The translations under genes were made by a program, and so were the position numbers. A stretch of DNA of 32,000 nt from Candidatus Electrothrix yaqonensis (GTDB taxonomy: Bacteria; Desulfobacterota; Desulfobulbia; Desulfobulbales; Desulfobulbaceae), in the NCBI GenBank assembly GCA_047651235.1, contig CP178758.1:1950001-1982000 (forward strand), read 5' to 3'. Positions 17,258-27,012 of this stretch are shown piece after piece. The notes under the pieces are model-generated. The model had not been told where the DNA came from and ran no database searches. It saw only the letters and a program-made list of their open reading frames with translations. Position 1 is the first letter of the stretch, and the number at the start of each line of letters is the position of its first letter.

Positions 17258-17291
17258 CTTTGGCAGGGCGCCTACCATGCACCATTTTCGC
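17256..17291 (+). repeat. Right copy of the imperfect direct repeat bracketing fic (overlaps the fic stop codon)
   Basis: See the left copy at 16549-16583. Confidence 0.4.
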
Positions 17292-17323
17292 TGCGGGGGC
17301 CGCACACTGCCCGACTGACATCA

Positions 17324-17995
17324 TCACCTCGTTACAGGACTACCTTCTTTCGCTTTCGGTTCATCGCTGACCATGAACGAATAGATCAGGATAAACGCAG
17401 CGTAGAAAGTGACAAAGAAACACCAATAGCTGGCCGCGCTGTCGCTGATCAGAAATGCAATCACAGCCCACAGCCAGCCCCACGCCACAATCGCCACGCT
17501 TTGCCAGAACGGTCGCCACCAAAGCAGAAACGGAGCACCGATTACCACGGCCCACAATCCGTAGCCCCAGGCCGCAAACACTGGCGGGTTCTGCGGAGAA
17601 TACCAGTTCAGGTGACCTTCCGGGGTTATCTGCGTGTGCGTCGGATGATAGATCGCACGTACCGCCACCACGAAGACTAGGCCGACAATCAGCAGAAAGT
17701 AAAATGGAACCCGTCGTTCCCGCACAGGCCGGTCAAATGCGGAACCGAACAGCGGGCCCCACGCCTGGGCCAGCAATGCAAGAGGAATCAAGGCGACTGT
17801 CACCAGCTGATTCACCATTCCGTGAGGCGTTGGGCCGTCCAGCCACAGGATGGCTTCGGTCCACTGCATGGCAGTGATCCCCATCAGGGCGACCGCGCCC
17901 CATTTCAGTCGCGGATTATCTCTCCGCAGCAAGTAGGCAGCTACACCGTATCCGCAGCAGGCACCGACCAGACTGGATGTTGCATCGTAACACAT
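17324..17995 (-). CDS. Hypothetical multi-pass integral membrane protein
   Basis: 223 aa with about 6-7 hydrophobic helices, rich in Trp. No catalytic motif recognised. Confidence 0.65.
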   Translation of the reverse strand: MCYDATSSLVGACCGYGVAAYLLRRDNPRLKWGAVALMGITAMQWTEAILWLDGPTPHGMVNQLVTVALIPLALLAQAWGPLFGSAFDRPVRERRVPFYFLLIVGLVFVVAVRAIYHPTHTQITPEGHLNWYSPQNPPVFAAWGYGLWAVVIGAPFLLWWRPFWQSVAIVAWGWLWAVIAFLISDSAASYWCFFVTFYAAFILIYSFMVSDEPKAKEGSPVTR

Positions 17996-18051
17996 AGACC
18001 ACCCCCTCTGAAATTGAAATAAATGAACGCCTGATTACAATCTGCACTCCA

Positions 18052-18825
18052 CTACCGGGGACTCAACGTCCGTCGGTCACCGAAAATATGCAGCAGCCAG
18101 TCAAAACCGAATTTCAGCAGCTCCGTATCATCCTGCTCAATCCGCCTGCGCCGGTCGCGATCAAGCTGGAAAGTGGCAAGCAATCTGTTCTGCTCTGTAT
18201 ACTGCCGGAACGCATCAATATTATAACAGACCATAAAGGCGAGCTGCTGACGGGGTCCGGCATGTCCTTCTCCCTGCCAGGGATTGGTGGCAAACAAAGC
18301 GTCCACCTCTGCCCAGAGTTCGTTCAGGAGATTGTATTCCACAAGCCGCTGCTCCCGTGTCCACTGTCTGACAGTATAGGTATGCTCTTCCTCATGCCCT
18401 CTGCAGTACGCATGGCGGACGAGAAAATAATGTTCTTTTACTCTGCCTTTTTTCGTTTTCTCCACACCGCGTTCAAGAGGATAGGTGCGGCAGGCCGAAG
18501 GACGGTCAAGGTAGACGGAACATCCTTCAGCGCCAAGAAAAGGGCAGGCACCGTCATCGCCCTCCTGCATGTTGAGCATCACGGCCGGAAAAAAGGGATG
18601 CACGCCCTGCCCTATCCGCGTGTGCTGTTCCAGAAACTCTGCAGAGCTGCAGGACAATGCCGTTTTCAGGCGCAGGATATCAAAAGGATAAAGACGCAGC
18701 TCAACTTTATGGCAGCAGGACAGGTAACAGCTGACCCCTTTATGGCAGCGGAACTGAAAGGAGTCTCCCTTCTGCAGGGGAATCCTCAACGTTTCCTGTG
18801 GGTTCTCCGTATTTTTTTCACACAT
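18052..18825 (-). CDS. YkgJ-family (CxxCxxCC-type) cysteine-cluster protein
   Basis: FRCHKGVSCYLSCC ... CPFLGAEGCSVYLDRPSACRTYPL matches the YkgJ/UPF0153 pattern. I prefer the start at M25 (18825), because the longer ORF (to 18897) abuts the rplQ terminator hairpin. Confidence 0.75.
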   Translation of the reverse strand: MCEKNTENPQETLRIPLQKGDSFQFRCHKGVSCYLSCCHKVELRLYPFDILRLKTALSCSSAEFLEQHTRIGQGVHPFFPAVMLNMQEGDDGACPFLGAEGCSVYLDRPSACRTYPLERGVEKTKKGRVKEHYFLVRHAYCRGHEEEHTYTVRQWTREQRLVEYNLLNELWAEVDALFATNPWQGEGHAGPRQQLAFMVCYNIDAFRQYTEQNRLLATFQLDRDRRRRIEQDDTELLKFGFDWLLHIFGDRRTLSPR

Positions 18826-18900
18826 ACAAACTGCACCACCCAGTATACAATGAACATAAAAAAAGCCGGAATGATGAAAGACATCAAACCGGCTCAAACA

Positions 18901-18936
18901 TATTAATAAATCCTGCCGCGCCAGGCAGACAGGATC
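18901..18936 (-). terminator. Putative intrinsic terminator after rplQ (end of the alpha operon)
   Basis: On the minus strand: ATCCTGTCTGCC-TGGCGC-GGCAGGAT followed by TTATTAATA, beginning 9 nt after the rplQ stop. Confidence 0.5.
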
Positions 18937-18944
18937 GGTACTGC

Positions 18945-19334
18945 TTATGCGTTCTGTTCGGCTTCTCCGGCAGAGTCTTCATAGCCGACCAGCTCGATAA
19001 TGGCCATGTGCGCAGCATCTCCGGCCCGGACACCGGTGCGGATAATCCGGGTATACCCACCCTGACGGTCAGCATACTGCTCGCTGAGCCGATCAAACAG
19101 TTTTGCAACAATATCCTTGGAGCGTATATAGGAAAGAGCCTGTCGGCGTGCATGGAGATCTCCGCGCTTGCCCAGGGTAATCATCTTCTCGGCAACACGC
19201 CGTGCTTCTTTTGCCTTAGGCACAGTTGTTGAAATCCGCTCATGCTCCAGAAGAGAGGTCACAAGATTACGCATCATGGCTGACCGATGAGAGGCGTTTC
19301 TGTTCAGTTTTCTACCCGCTTTTCTATGTCTCAT
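18945..19334 (-). CDS. rplQ: 50S ribosomal protein L17
   Basis: [24 protein letters not shown]... is canonical bL17. Follows rpoA. Confidence 0.97.
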   Translation of the reverse strand: MRHRKAGRKLNRNASHRSAMMRNLVTSLLEHERISTTVPKAKEARRVAEKMITLGKRGDLHARRQALSYIRSKDIVAKLFDRLSEQYADRQGGYTRIIRTGVRAGDAAHMAIIELVGYEDSAGEAEQNA

Positions 19335-19414
19335 TATTCTATCCTCAATATCGGATAATCAGGTTGTCGAATCAAAAAGCCCGCACAGTGATGAACGAAG
19401 AAAAAAAGAGAAAA

Positions 19415-20461
19415 TTATTCTTCTCCGTCAGCATCCTCACGGTTACAGGGAGGAACCCATCCTTCGTGCTTCATATTCAGCGTCAGATCATGCTGGGAGA
19501 GTAACGCTTTGATCTCGTTGAGCGATTTCCGACCAAAGTTCTTGGTCTTGAGCATTTCCGCATCGGTTTTCTGCACCAGCTGGCCGATATATTGGATATT
19601 GGCATTCTTCAGGCAGTTGGCAGAACGGACCGACAGCTCAAGATCCTCAACATTTTTATCAAGAAAATCCGGATAATCAGCCTCTTCTCCTTCTCCTTCA
19701 GATTTCTCCGGAGCAACAGCCTCCTGCTCATTAAAATTGATAAAGATGGTCATCTGCTCTTTGAGAATCTTTGCCGCATAGGCAAGGGCATTCTCAGGCA
19801 GTACAGAACCGTCAGTTTCAACCTCAATGGTCAGCCGGTCATAGTCGGTCCGCTGACCGACACGGGCCTGGGTGACAACATACTGAATTCTACGGATCGG
19901 CGAAAAAACAGCATCAATCGGAATCACACCGATTGGCCGCTCCTCATCCTTTTTCCACTCCGCAGGTACATACCCCTTTCCCCACTGTACTTCAAGTTCA
20001 GCGTGAAATGTGGTATTACTTCCGGTAATCGTGCAGATCGGTTGCTCAGGATTCATGACGACCACAGCCTCTCCACCGTCAATATCTCCGGCTGTCACCA
20101 CTCCGGCTGCACTCTTCTCAAGAATAACAGTCCGGGTCTCAGGAGAATTGAGCTTCAGCTGAACCTGCTTGAGGTTCAGAATAATATCAGCAACGTCCTC
20201 CTGCACGCCGTCTATAGTGGTAAATTCATGCTCCGCACCCTCTATCCTGACCGAGGTAATTGCCGCACCTCTGATGGAAGAAAGCAGAATCCTGCGCAGA
20301 GCATTACCTATAGTGGCTGCAAAACCCCGTTCCAGCGGCTGACAGATGAATTTACCATATTTATCCGTATGGCTGTCCTTGGTAACCTCCATCCGCTCCG
20401 GAGCAACAAGGTCATGCCAATTCTTATAAAAGGGACTATCATCCCGATGTTCCTGTGACAT
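19415..20461 (-). CDS. rpoA: DNA-directed RNA polymerase subunit alpha
   Basis: 348 aa. N-terminal domain [11 protein letters not shown] and C-terminal domain [12 protein letters not shown]. In operon context. Confidence 0.97.
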   Translation of the reverse strand: MSQEHRDDSPFYKNWHDLVAPERMEVTKDSHTDKYGKFICQPLERGFAATIGNALRRILLSSIRGAAITSVRIEGAEHEFTTIDGVQEDVADIILNLKQVQLKLNSPETRTVILEKSAAGVVTAGDIDGGEAVVVMNPEQPICTITGSNTTFHAELEVQWGKGYVPAEWKKDEERPIGVIPIDAVFSPIRRIQYVVTQARVGQRTDYDRLTIEVETDGSVLPENALAYAAKILKEQMTIFINFNEQEAVAPEKSEGEGEEADYPDFLDKNVEDLELSVRSANCLKNANIQYIGQLVQKTDAEMLKTKNFGRKSLNEIKALLSQHDLTLNMKHEGWVPPCNREDADGEE

Positions 20462-20479
20462 GAAATACCTGACCTTGTC

Positions 20480-21109
20480 TTATTTGGAGTACAGCTCAAC
20501 GATAAGATGTTCATTAATCGGCGTGGTTATATCTTCCCGCTCAGGCAGAGCCTTTACTGTTCCCTGAAAGTTGCCCCGGTCCAGCTCAAGCCAGACCGGT
20601 ACGCCCCGCCGCGCAATCCCTTCAAGATTTTCAACGACAAATGCATTCTTGCGGCTTTTCTCCTTCAGGGTAATAATCTCACCCGGTCTGACCTGGTACG
20701 AAGGAATATTGACTTTTCTGCCGCCGATCTGAAAATGGTTATGCCGGATAAGCTGCCTAGCCTGATCTCTGGAACCGGCAAACCCGAGACGGTAGACAAC
20801 ATTATCCAGACGCCGTTCCAGCATGGAAAGAAGGTTGAAACCGGTGACCCCTTTGGCCCGGTCAGCCAGATAGAAATAGCGCCGGAACTGCTTTTCCAGC
20901 ATTCCGTACATATGTTTCACCTTCTGCTTTTCGCGCAGCTGGACTGCATAATCAGACATTTTCCGGAAACGGTTCTGTCCGTGCTGCCCGGGAGCATAGG
21001 TACGGCGTTCAAATGAACACTTATCTGAATAGCACCGCTCTCCCTTCAGAAACAACTTCAGATTTTCCCGTCTGCACATCCGGCAGGAAGCTCCTGTATA
21101 TCTCGCCAC
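20480..21109 (-). CDS. rpsD: 30S ribosomal protein S4 (Zn-finger form)
   Basis: The GTG at 21109 (GGAGG 5 nt upstream) gives [31 protein letters not shown]. The ORF track starts 5 codons earlier. Confidence 0.95.
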   Translation of the reverse strand: MARYTGASCRMCRRENLKLFLKGERCYSDKCSFERRTYAPGQHGQNRFRKMSDYAVQLREKQKVKHMYGMLEKQFRRYFYLADRAKGVTGFNLLSMLERRLDNVVYRLGFAGSRDQARQLIRHNHFQIGGRKVNIPSYQVRPGEIITLKEKSRKNAFVVENLEGIARRGVPVWLELDRGNFQGTVKALPEREDITTPINEHLIVELYSK

Positions 21110-21209
21110 TTCATCCTCCAACAAGTATCGGTATCGGTTTTACGCTGCGGTCAGCTTCCTGTTCAACTATCGGCTGGCAGCGACCGTACAAAAAAAACAG
21201 CTTTTCCGC

Positions 21210-21608
21210 TCAGACCCGCCGGCGTTTCGGCGGTTTGCAGCCGTTATGCGGAATCGGCGTCACGTCAACAATTTTTGTCACATCAAGTTCCAATCCGGTC
21301 AGGGCCCGCAGAGCAGCCTCCCGACCGGGGCCGGGGCCTTTGACCCGGATTTCCACCCGGCGCAGACCGTTCTCTTTGGCCTTGGCAACTGCATCACTCA
21401 GGGCATTCTGGGCGGCAAACGGTGTGGACTTGCGGGATCCCTTAAAGCCGATGACTCCGGCACTGGACCAGGAAACCACATTGCCCTGCTTATCGGAAAT
21501 TGTAATCAGCGTATTGTTGAACGTTGAATAAATAAAAACAATCCCTTCCGGGATATTCTTCTTCTCACGACGCTTCGTCTTTACAGCGCCTTTTCTGACT
21601 CTGGCCAT
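21210..21608 (-). CDS. rpsK: 30S ribosomal protein S11
   Basis: 132 aa, with ...[14 protein letters not shown]... Confidence 0.97.
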   Translation of the reverse strand: MARVRKGAVKTKRREKKNIPEGIVFIYSTFNNTLITISDKQGNVVSWSSAGVIGFKGSRKSTPFAAQNALSDAVAKAKENGLRRVEIRVKGPGPGREAALRALTGLELDVTKIVDVTPIPHNGCKPPKRRRV

Positions 21609-21676
21609 ATCTGCTCCGTCTCATCAGTCCTGTCACTGTCAGCATTTTTACCGGCGGCAAAAGCGGACTGACTGCA

Positions 21677-22045
21677 TTATTTTTTACGTACTGCCGCTCC
21701 GCGCTTCGGGCCTTTGCGGGTTCGTGCATTGGTTTTTGTCCGCTGACCGCGGCACGGCAGACTCATGCGATGACGCCGTCCTCTGTATGTCCCAAGATCG
21801 ACATGCCGCTTGATATCCATGGCTACTTCACGCCGACGGTCACCTTCAACGACATATTCAGCCTCTATAATCTTTCTGATCCGTGTTACATCATCACCGC
21901 TCAGATCATCGGAATTCATCTGATAGGGCAGATCTGCCTTATCCAGAATAGCGCGCGCAGAGGTCAGACCAATACCGTAGATATAGGTAAGGGCCCTGTC
22001 CATATGTTTATTTCGCGGTAAATCTATACCTGATATTCGTGCCAC
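21677..22045 (-). CDS. rpsM: 30S ribosomal protein S13
   Basis: MARISGIDLPRNKH..., 122 aa, GTG start. Confidence 0.97.
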   Translation of the reverse strand: MARISGIDLPRNKHMDRALTYIYGIGLTSARAILDKADLPYQMNSDDLSGDDVTRIRKIIEAEYVVEGDRRREVAMDIKRHVDLGTYRGRRHRMSLPCRGQRTKTNARTRKGPKRGAAVRKK

Positions 22046-22057
22046 AGTTCACAACTC

Positions 22058-22073
22058 CTTTCCAGCTTTCCAG
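22058..22073 (-). repeat. Perfect 8-bp tandem duplication CTTTCCAG x2 in the rpsM leader
   Basis: Read directly. On the mRNA strand this is CTGGAAAG CTGGAAAG GAG, so the second copy runs into the rpsM Shine-Dalgarno. Confidence 0.95.
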
Positions 22074-22097
22074 AAAAAGCAGATGCATCAAAACGGG

Positions 22098-22211
22098 TTA
22101 TCCCTGACGCTGCTTATGCTTTGCATTTTTGCAGGTGACCCGAACAACGCCCTTGCGTTTAAATATCTTGCAGTCACTGCAGATTTTCTTTACAGATGCC
22201 CGTACTTTCAT
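22098..22211 (-). CDS. rpmJ: 50S ribosomal protein L36
   Basis: Not in the ORF track (37 aa). Hand translation gives [37 protein letters not shown]. Confidence 0.95.
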   Translation of the reverse strand: MKVRASVKKICSDCKIFKRKGVVRVTCKNAKHKQRQG

Positions 22212-22242
22212 AATCTTTTATCCCTGCTTTCGCATGATTGAA

Positions 22243-22482
22243 TCAACGCTTCCCTCTGCCGCCTCCTTTTGACCGGAAGGTCACACGGCCTCTTGTCAGA
22301 TCATACGGCGACAACTCCACGGTCACACGGTCTCCGGGAAGAATTTTAATATAATGCATGCGCATCTTCCCGGAGATATGCGCCAACACCTTATGTCCAT
22401 TATCAAGCTCTACCCGAAACATCGCATTGGGTAAAGGCTCTATTATGGTGCCTTCCACTTCAATGGCTTCTTCTTTGGCCAT
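22243..22482 (-). CDS. infA: Translation initiation factor IF-1
   Basis: [41 protein letters not shown]..., 79 aa, with a short basic C-terminal tail. Confidence 0.96.
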   Translation of the reverse strand: MAKEEAIEVEGTIIEPLPNAMFRVELDNGHKVLAHISGKMRMHYIKILPGDRVTVELSPYDLTRGRVTFRSKGGGRGKR

Positions 22483-22526
22483 AATTACCGTCCGATATAA
22501 ATTGCAACAAAAAATTAAATCCAGCT

Positions 22527-22554
22527 ATTATATAGAAACTTTTTTTTTTTACAA
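22527..22554 (-). promoter_or_regulatory. Candidate sigma70 promoter for infA-rpmJ-rpsM...
   Basis: On the minus strand: TTGTAA (22554-22549), a 16-nt A-rich spacer, then TATAAT (22532-22527). It lies downstream of the map terminator. Confidence 0.4.
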
Positions 22555-22576
22555 CCTGTTTTCGCCCGCACAGAAT

Positions 22577-22601
22577 AAAAAAAAAGAACCCGTACGGGTT
22601 C
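22577..22601 (-). terminator. Rho-independent terminator after map
   Basis: Perfect palindrome GAACCCGTACGGGTTC (22586-22601) followed on the minus strand by T9 (22585-22577), 42 nt after the map stop. Confidence 0.85.
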
Positions 22602-22642
22602 ATAGACGAATCCTTCAGTCGAAACAGTCAGCTATAAGTCAG

Positions 22643-23440
22643 TCAGGCAATTTCATCTTTCCTTCTGCTCAACACCAGCGGACCATCTGCTGAAGCGGCC
22701 ACTGAATGCTCAAAATGGGCTGAGGGCTTTTTGTCCGCTGTAATGACAGTCCATCCATCTTTCAGCACTTTGACCTTTTCTGTCCCGGCATTGACCATCG
22801 GTTCTATCGCCAGAACCATCCCGTCGATAATACGGGGAGTTGCCTGATCCTGCACATAATTCGGTACTTCCGGTGCCTCATGCAGGCTGGTCCCGATACC
22901 GTGTCCGACAAACTGACGGACAACCGAATATCCGTGCTCTTCAGCATAGTCCTGAATTGCTCTGGAAACATCGGCAATCCGGTTACCTATCTGCACCTGT
23001 TCTATACCGCGCTCAAGAGCCTCCCGTGTCACCTTCAGCAGCCGCTCCTTTTTGGAGGATAATCTGCCAACAGGGATTGTCATAGCGGAATCGCCGTAAA
23101 ATCCCTGAAAAACAGAGCCGAAATCAACAGAGACAATATCCCCTTCCCGGACTTTTACCTTTTTTGAGGGAACACCATGAACGATCTGCTCATTAATGGA
23201 AACGCAGAGGCTGCCAGGAAAACCACGGTAGCCTAAAAAAGCCGGTTCCGCCCCATGATCACGGCAGTATTCACTGGCCCATCTGTCCATCTGCCTCGTG
23301 GTGAGTCCGGGCCGCATGTTTTCCTGCAGCATCTCCAGAACTCCGGCAACTATCCGGTTTGCCTGGCGCATAACCTCGATCTCGGCAGAGGTCTTCACTA
23401 TAATGGAAGACTGATTATCTGCTGTCACGGGTTTCCTCAA
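22643..23440 (-). CDS. map: Type I methionine aminopeptidase
   Basis: 265 aa. ...IVKTSAEIEVMRQA..., with metal ligands in D..D..H..E..E context. An alternative GTG start at 23428 has GAGGAA 4 nt upstream. Confidence 0.95.
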   Translation of the reverse strand: MRKPVTADNQSSIIVKTSAEIEVMRQANRIVAGVLEMLQENMRPGLTTRQMDRWASEYCRDHGAEPAFLGYRGFPGSLCVSINEQIVHGVPSKKVKVREGDIVSVDFGSVFQGFYGDSAMTIPVGRLSSKKERLLKVTREALERGIEQVQIGNRIADVSRAIQDYAEEHGYSVVRQFVGHGIGTSLHEAPEVPNYVQDQATPRIIDGMVLAIEPMVNAGTEKVKVLKDGWTVITADKKPSAHFEHSVAASADGPLVLSRRKDEIA

Positions 23441-24744
23441 CGCCTGCCCCTGATCTTTCCGGCTTTCATGAATCCTTCATAATTCCGCATCACCAGATGA
23501 GATTCAACCTGAGAGATCGTATCAATGGCAACACCGACAACGATAAGCAGGGCTGTCCCGCCGAAATAGAACGGCACATTAAACCGATCCACCAGCACTG
23601 TAGGCAGTACACAGACTGCACCGAGATATATCGCTCCGACAACCGTTATCCGGGTCAGGACTTTATCAATAAACTCGGAAGACTTTTTACCGGGTCTGAT
23701 GCCGGGAATAAACCCGCCGTTCTTTTTCAGATTTTCTGCCACCTCATCCGGATTGAACGTCACAGCAGTGTAAAAGAAGCAGAAGAAGACAATCATTCCC
23801 ACATAGAGGGCGTAATAAAACATTGTTCCCGGAGCCAGAGCAGAAGCCGCTCTCTCCACCCAGTCTATTTTACTGAATGAGCCTATTGTTGCCGGAAACA
23901 TCATAATGGATGAAGCAAAGATAGGCGGAATAACACCGGAAATATTTATTTTCAGCGGCAGATGCGATGACTGACCGCCGTACATCCGTCTGCCGACGAC
24001 CCGTTTGGCATACTGAATAGGTATCCTGCGTTGCGCAGTCTCAAAAAAGACAATCAAGGCGATGACAGCAAACATCAGCAGCAGCATAACCGGGATAAGA
24101 ATGATCGGCAGATCACCCGACTGAATCAGCTGCAGCGAATTCGCTATCGCAGCCGGCATCCGTGCTATGATACCGGCATAGATGATAACGGAGATCCCGT
24201 TCCCTATGCCGCGTTCGGTCATCTGCTCACCGAGCCACATAATAAATGAGGTACCTGAAGTCAGGGTCAGGACAGTCATTAACTTGAACTTCAGCCCCGG
24301 AACCATAACAATGGGGATTCCCGTATTAGGGGCCTGCATAGCCTCAAGACCGGAAGCAATAAAAAAGCCCTGAATCAGGGCCAGTCCCACTGTGCCGTAC
24401 CGGGTATACTGAGTTATTTTCCGCCGTCCGGCCTCGCCCTCTTTCTTGAGCTGTTCAAGCTGCGGGATTACAACTGTCAGCAGCTGAATAATAATCGATG
24501 CCGAGATATACGGCATGATACCAAGAGCAAAGATGGAAAAATTCTCCAATGCACCGCCGGAGAACATATTGAACATCCCCAGAACTGTCTTGGAATGTTC
24601 AGCAAAAAAAGCTGCAAGAGCCTCGCCGTTGATGCCGGGGGTCGGTACCTGCACACCCATCCGGTACACCAGCAGCATCAGAAGAGTAAAGATAACCCTT
24701 CTGCGCAGTTCAGGAATATTTGCCGCGCTGCCAAGACCGCTCAT
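23437..24744 (-). CDS. secY: Preprotein translocase subunit SecY
   Basis: 435 aa, 10-TM profile, with canonical ...LRRRVIFTLLMLLVYR... Confidence 0.97.
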   Translation of the reverse strand: MSGLGSAANIPELRRRVIFTLLMLLVYRMGVQVPTPGINGEALAAFFAEHSKTVLGMFNMFSGGALENFSIFALGIMPYISASIIIQLLTVVIPQLEQLKKEGEAGRRKITQYTRYGTVGLALIQGFFIASGLEAMQAPNTGIPIVMVPGLKFKLMTVLTLTSGTSFIMWLGEQMTERGIGNGISVIIYAGIIARMPAAIANSLQLIQSGDLPIILIPVMLLLMFAVIALIVFFETAQRRIPIQYAKRVVGRRMYGGQSSHLPLKINISGVIPPIFASSIMMFPATIGSFSKIDWVERAASALAPGTMFYYALYVGMIVFFCFFYTAVTFNPDEVAENLKKNGGFIPGIRPGKKSSEFIDKVLTRITVVGAIYLGAVCVLPTVLVDRFNVPFYFGGTALLIVVGVAIDTISQVESHLVMRNYEGFMKAGKIRGRR

Positions 24745-24747
24745 AGC

Positions 24748-25188
24748 TTATTCCTTGACTGCGCCGCCAGCAGCGACAATCTTTTCCTGAGCTCCCCGAC
24801 TGACCTTGTCAACATCCACTTGGACACCTTTGCTGATCTCTCCGTTTGCCAGCACCTTAATCAAGGTATCAGCCTCGGAGATGATGCCTGCTTCCAGCAG
24901 AGCATTACGGTCCACAGTTGCCCCGCTCTCAAACCGGTCAAGATCAGACAGAGTCACAATTTTATATTGTTTCTTAAAGATATTGGTAAAACCACGCTTC
25001 GGCAGGCGGCGATGCAGGGGCATCTGTCCGCCTTCAAATCCGGGTTTGGAAGTGTATCCGGATCTGGACCGTGCGCCTTTATGGCCGCGGCCTGCTGTCT
25101 TGCCCAAGCCGCTCCCCGGTCCGCGTCCGACTCTTTTTTTCTGCCTGCGGGATCCCGGTGTCGGGGAAAGATTATTCAGAGTCAACAT
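24748..25188 (-). CDS. rplO: 50S ribosomal protein L15
   Basis: [38 protein letters not shown]... Confidence 0.97.
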   Translation of the reverse strand: MLTLNNLSPTPGSRRQKKRVGRGPGSGLGKTAGRGHKGARSRSGYTSKPGFEGGQMPLHRRLPKRGFTNIFKKQYKIVTLSDLDRFESGATVDRNALLEAGIISEADTLIKVLANGEISKGVQVDVDKVSRGAQEKIVAAGGAVKE

Positions 25189-25192
25189 GCTA

Positions 25193-25372
25193 TTATTCCT
25201 CCACCCGAATAAGGTGCTGTACTTTGCGCAGCATCCCTCTGATCTCCGGGGTATCCTTTCTGGTCACTGTTTTCTGCATTCTGGTCAGCCCCAAGCCCAC
25301 CAGGGTAGCACGAATCTTCTTTGTGCTGCCGATACCGCTCTTCACTTGGGTAATCGTCACTGTCTCACTCAT
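25193..25372 (-). CDS. rpmD: 50S ribosomal protein L30
   Basis: Not in the ORF track (59 aa). Hand translation gives [59 protein letters not shown]. Confidence 0.93.
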   Translation of the reverse strand: MSETVTITQVKSGIGSTKKIRATLVGLGLTRMQKTVTRKDTPEIRGMLRKVQHLIRVEE

Positions 25373-25450
25373 AATTCAACCACATCCGACAAAGTCTTCA
25401 GTCCTCTCCAGTCACCAACACTATCTGTTTCCGAAAATCCGGCTCCCTGT

Positions 25451-25963
25451 TCAGGCAACCATTTCTTCGACATTGAGGCCGCGCAGCCGGGCAACTTGTT
25501 CAGCAGACCGCAATCTTCTCAAACCGTTGAGAGTTGCCTTCACCAAGTTATGCGGATTATTCGATCCCAGACATTTTGTCAGGATATTCTGCACCCCGGC
25601 AGCTTCCAGCACCGCACGGACAGCACCGCCCGCGATAACACCGGTACCGTCGGAAGCCGGCTTCAGCATAACCTTACCGGATTTGAACTTGCCGTCAATA
25701 TAATGCGGAATAGAGACATCTGTCAACGCGACAGACTGCATGTCTTTACGGGCCCGCTCAACCCCTTTCCGGATTGCCTCCGGAACCTGATTCGCTTTGC
25801 CGAGCCCGTATCCAACCCGACCGTTACCGTCACCGACAACAACAATCGCACTGAAGCTGAACCGCCGACCGCCTTTGACAACCTTGGCAACACGGTTGAT
25901 ATAGACTATTTTTTCTATAAGTTCTTCCTGATTGCCTTCTTTGGCACGCTTATAATCAGCCAA
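25451..25963 (-). CDS. rpsE: 30S ribosomal protein S5
   Basis: 170 aa, ...[36 protein letters not shown]... Apparent TTG start with GGGGGTG 4 nt upstream. Confidence 0.95.
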   Translation of the reverse strand: MADYKRAKEGNQEELIEKIVYINRVAKVVKGGRRFSFSAIVVVGDGNGRVGYGLGKANQVPEAIRKGVERARKDMQSVALTDVSIPHYIDGKFKSGKVMLKPASDGTGVIAGGAVRAVLEAAGVQNILTKCLGSNNPHNLVKATLNGLRRLRSAEQVARLRGLNVEEMVA

Positions 25964-26036
25964 GTAACACCCCCAATGGATTTCCCGTTAACCAGATATA
26001 ACTACTGATGCAAATATTCCCGTAGCTCTTCCGCAG

Positions 26037-26050
26037 TGCAAAGTGCAAAA
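26037..26050 (-). repeat. Perfect 7-bp tandem duplication GTGCAAA x2 in the rplR-rpsE spacer
   Basis: Read directly at 26037-26043 and 26044-26050. Confidence 0.95.
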
Positions 26051-26055
26051 ACGGA

Positions 26056-26421
26056 TCAGAAAACAAGTCCGCCCCTGCGTGCCCCTTCAGAAAGAGCCTT
26101 GACCCGACCGTGATATAAATTTCCACCCCGATCAAAGACAACGCTTTTGATTCCGGCCTCAAGCGCCCGCTGTGCAATGACCTCGCCGACTTTATCCGCC
26201 TGAGCAGTCTTTCCTTTCAGATCAACAGGATCAAAACCCTTGTCCTTGGTCGACATGGACACAAGCGTAGCCTGTTTCGTATCATCTATAATCTGTACAT
26301 AAATATGCCGATTACTCCGGAACACACGCATCCGGGGACGTTCAGGTGTTCCGGTTATTTTTTTCCGTATTCTTCTGATCCGCTTCGTGCGCGCTGATAC
26401 TTTATCGCTTTGTTTCGCCAT
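26056..26421 (-). CDS. rplR: 50S ribosomal protein L18
   Basis: 121 aa, ...[20 protein letters not shown]... Confidence 0.97.
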   Translation of the reverse strand: MAKQSDKVSARTKRIRRIRKKITGTPERPRMRVFRSNRHIYVQIIDDTKQATLVSMSTKDKGFDPVDLKGKTAQADKVGEVIAQRALEAGIKSVVFDRGGNLYHGRVKALSEGARRGGLVF

Positions 26422-26447
26422 GATGCTTCTTTCACCCGATCTTGAAA

Positions 26448-26984
26448 TTATGCGCCTGATTTCCCGACCTTACGCACGATATGCTCATCAATATACCGTA
26501 TACCTTTTCCTTTGTAGGGCTCAGGCTTACGGATTGCTCTGATCTTTGCGGCAATCTGCCCGACCAGTTCCTTGTCGATACCGGACACTGTAATCTGATT
26601 GTTTTTATCCACATCAGCAGCAATTCCGTCAGGCAGAGGGAATTCTACCGGATTTGAATAACCGACATTCAGGGTCAGGGTGCTTCCGGCAACATTGGCC
26701 CGATACCCCACACCTTCCACTGCCAACTTCTTCTCAAAGCCCTGATTCACCCCGATCACCATATTCTGCACCAGCGATCTGGTCAAGCCCCAGAAAGCCA
26801 TAACCCGCTTACTGTTTCCCTTGGGCGTGAAATGCAGCTGACTGTCTTTTTCTTCAATCCCGATTTCAGGCCGTACATCGCGCTCAAGAGAGCCCTTTGT
26901 GCCGGTTACCTTGATATGCGTGCCTGCTATCTCGACCTTGACACCGCCGGGCAGTGCAACAGGCGACTTTCCGATTCGTGACAT
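26448..26984 (-). CDS. rplF: 50S ribosomal protein L6
   Basis: [19 protein letters not shown]..., 178 aa. Confidence 0.97.
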   Translation of the reverse strand: MSRIGKSPVALPGGVKVEIAGTHIKVTGTKGSLERDVRPEIGIEEKDSQLHFTPKGNSKRVMAFWGLTRSLVQNMVIGVNQGFEKKLAVEGVGYRANVAGSTLTLNVGYSNPVEFPLPDGIAADVDKNNQITVSGIDKELVGQIAAKIRAIRKPEPYKGKGIRYIDEHIVRKVGKSGA

Positions 26985-27012
26985 AGTTTGTTCCTCCTGT
27001 CAGAGACTCCTG

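Noticed and set aside
17258-17323. A bidirectional terminator expected between the convergent fic and membrane-protein genes.
   Set aside because: Only a weak 5-bp stem (TGCGG/CCGCA) with no U-tracts is present, so it is not callable.
21134-21147. 6-bp tandem repeats (21134-21147 and 21630-21641) as individually significant events.
   Set aside because: About 8 perfect 6-bp tandem duplications are expected by chance in 32 kb. They are mentioned only as part of the wider pattern.
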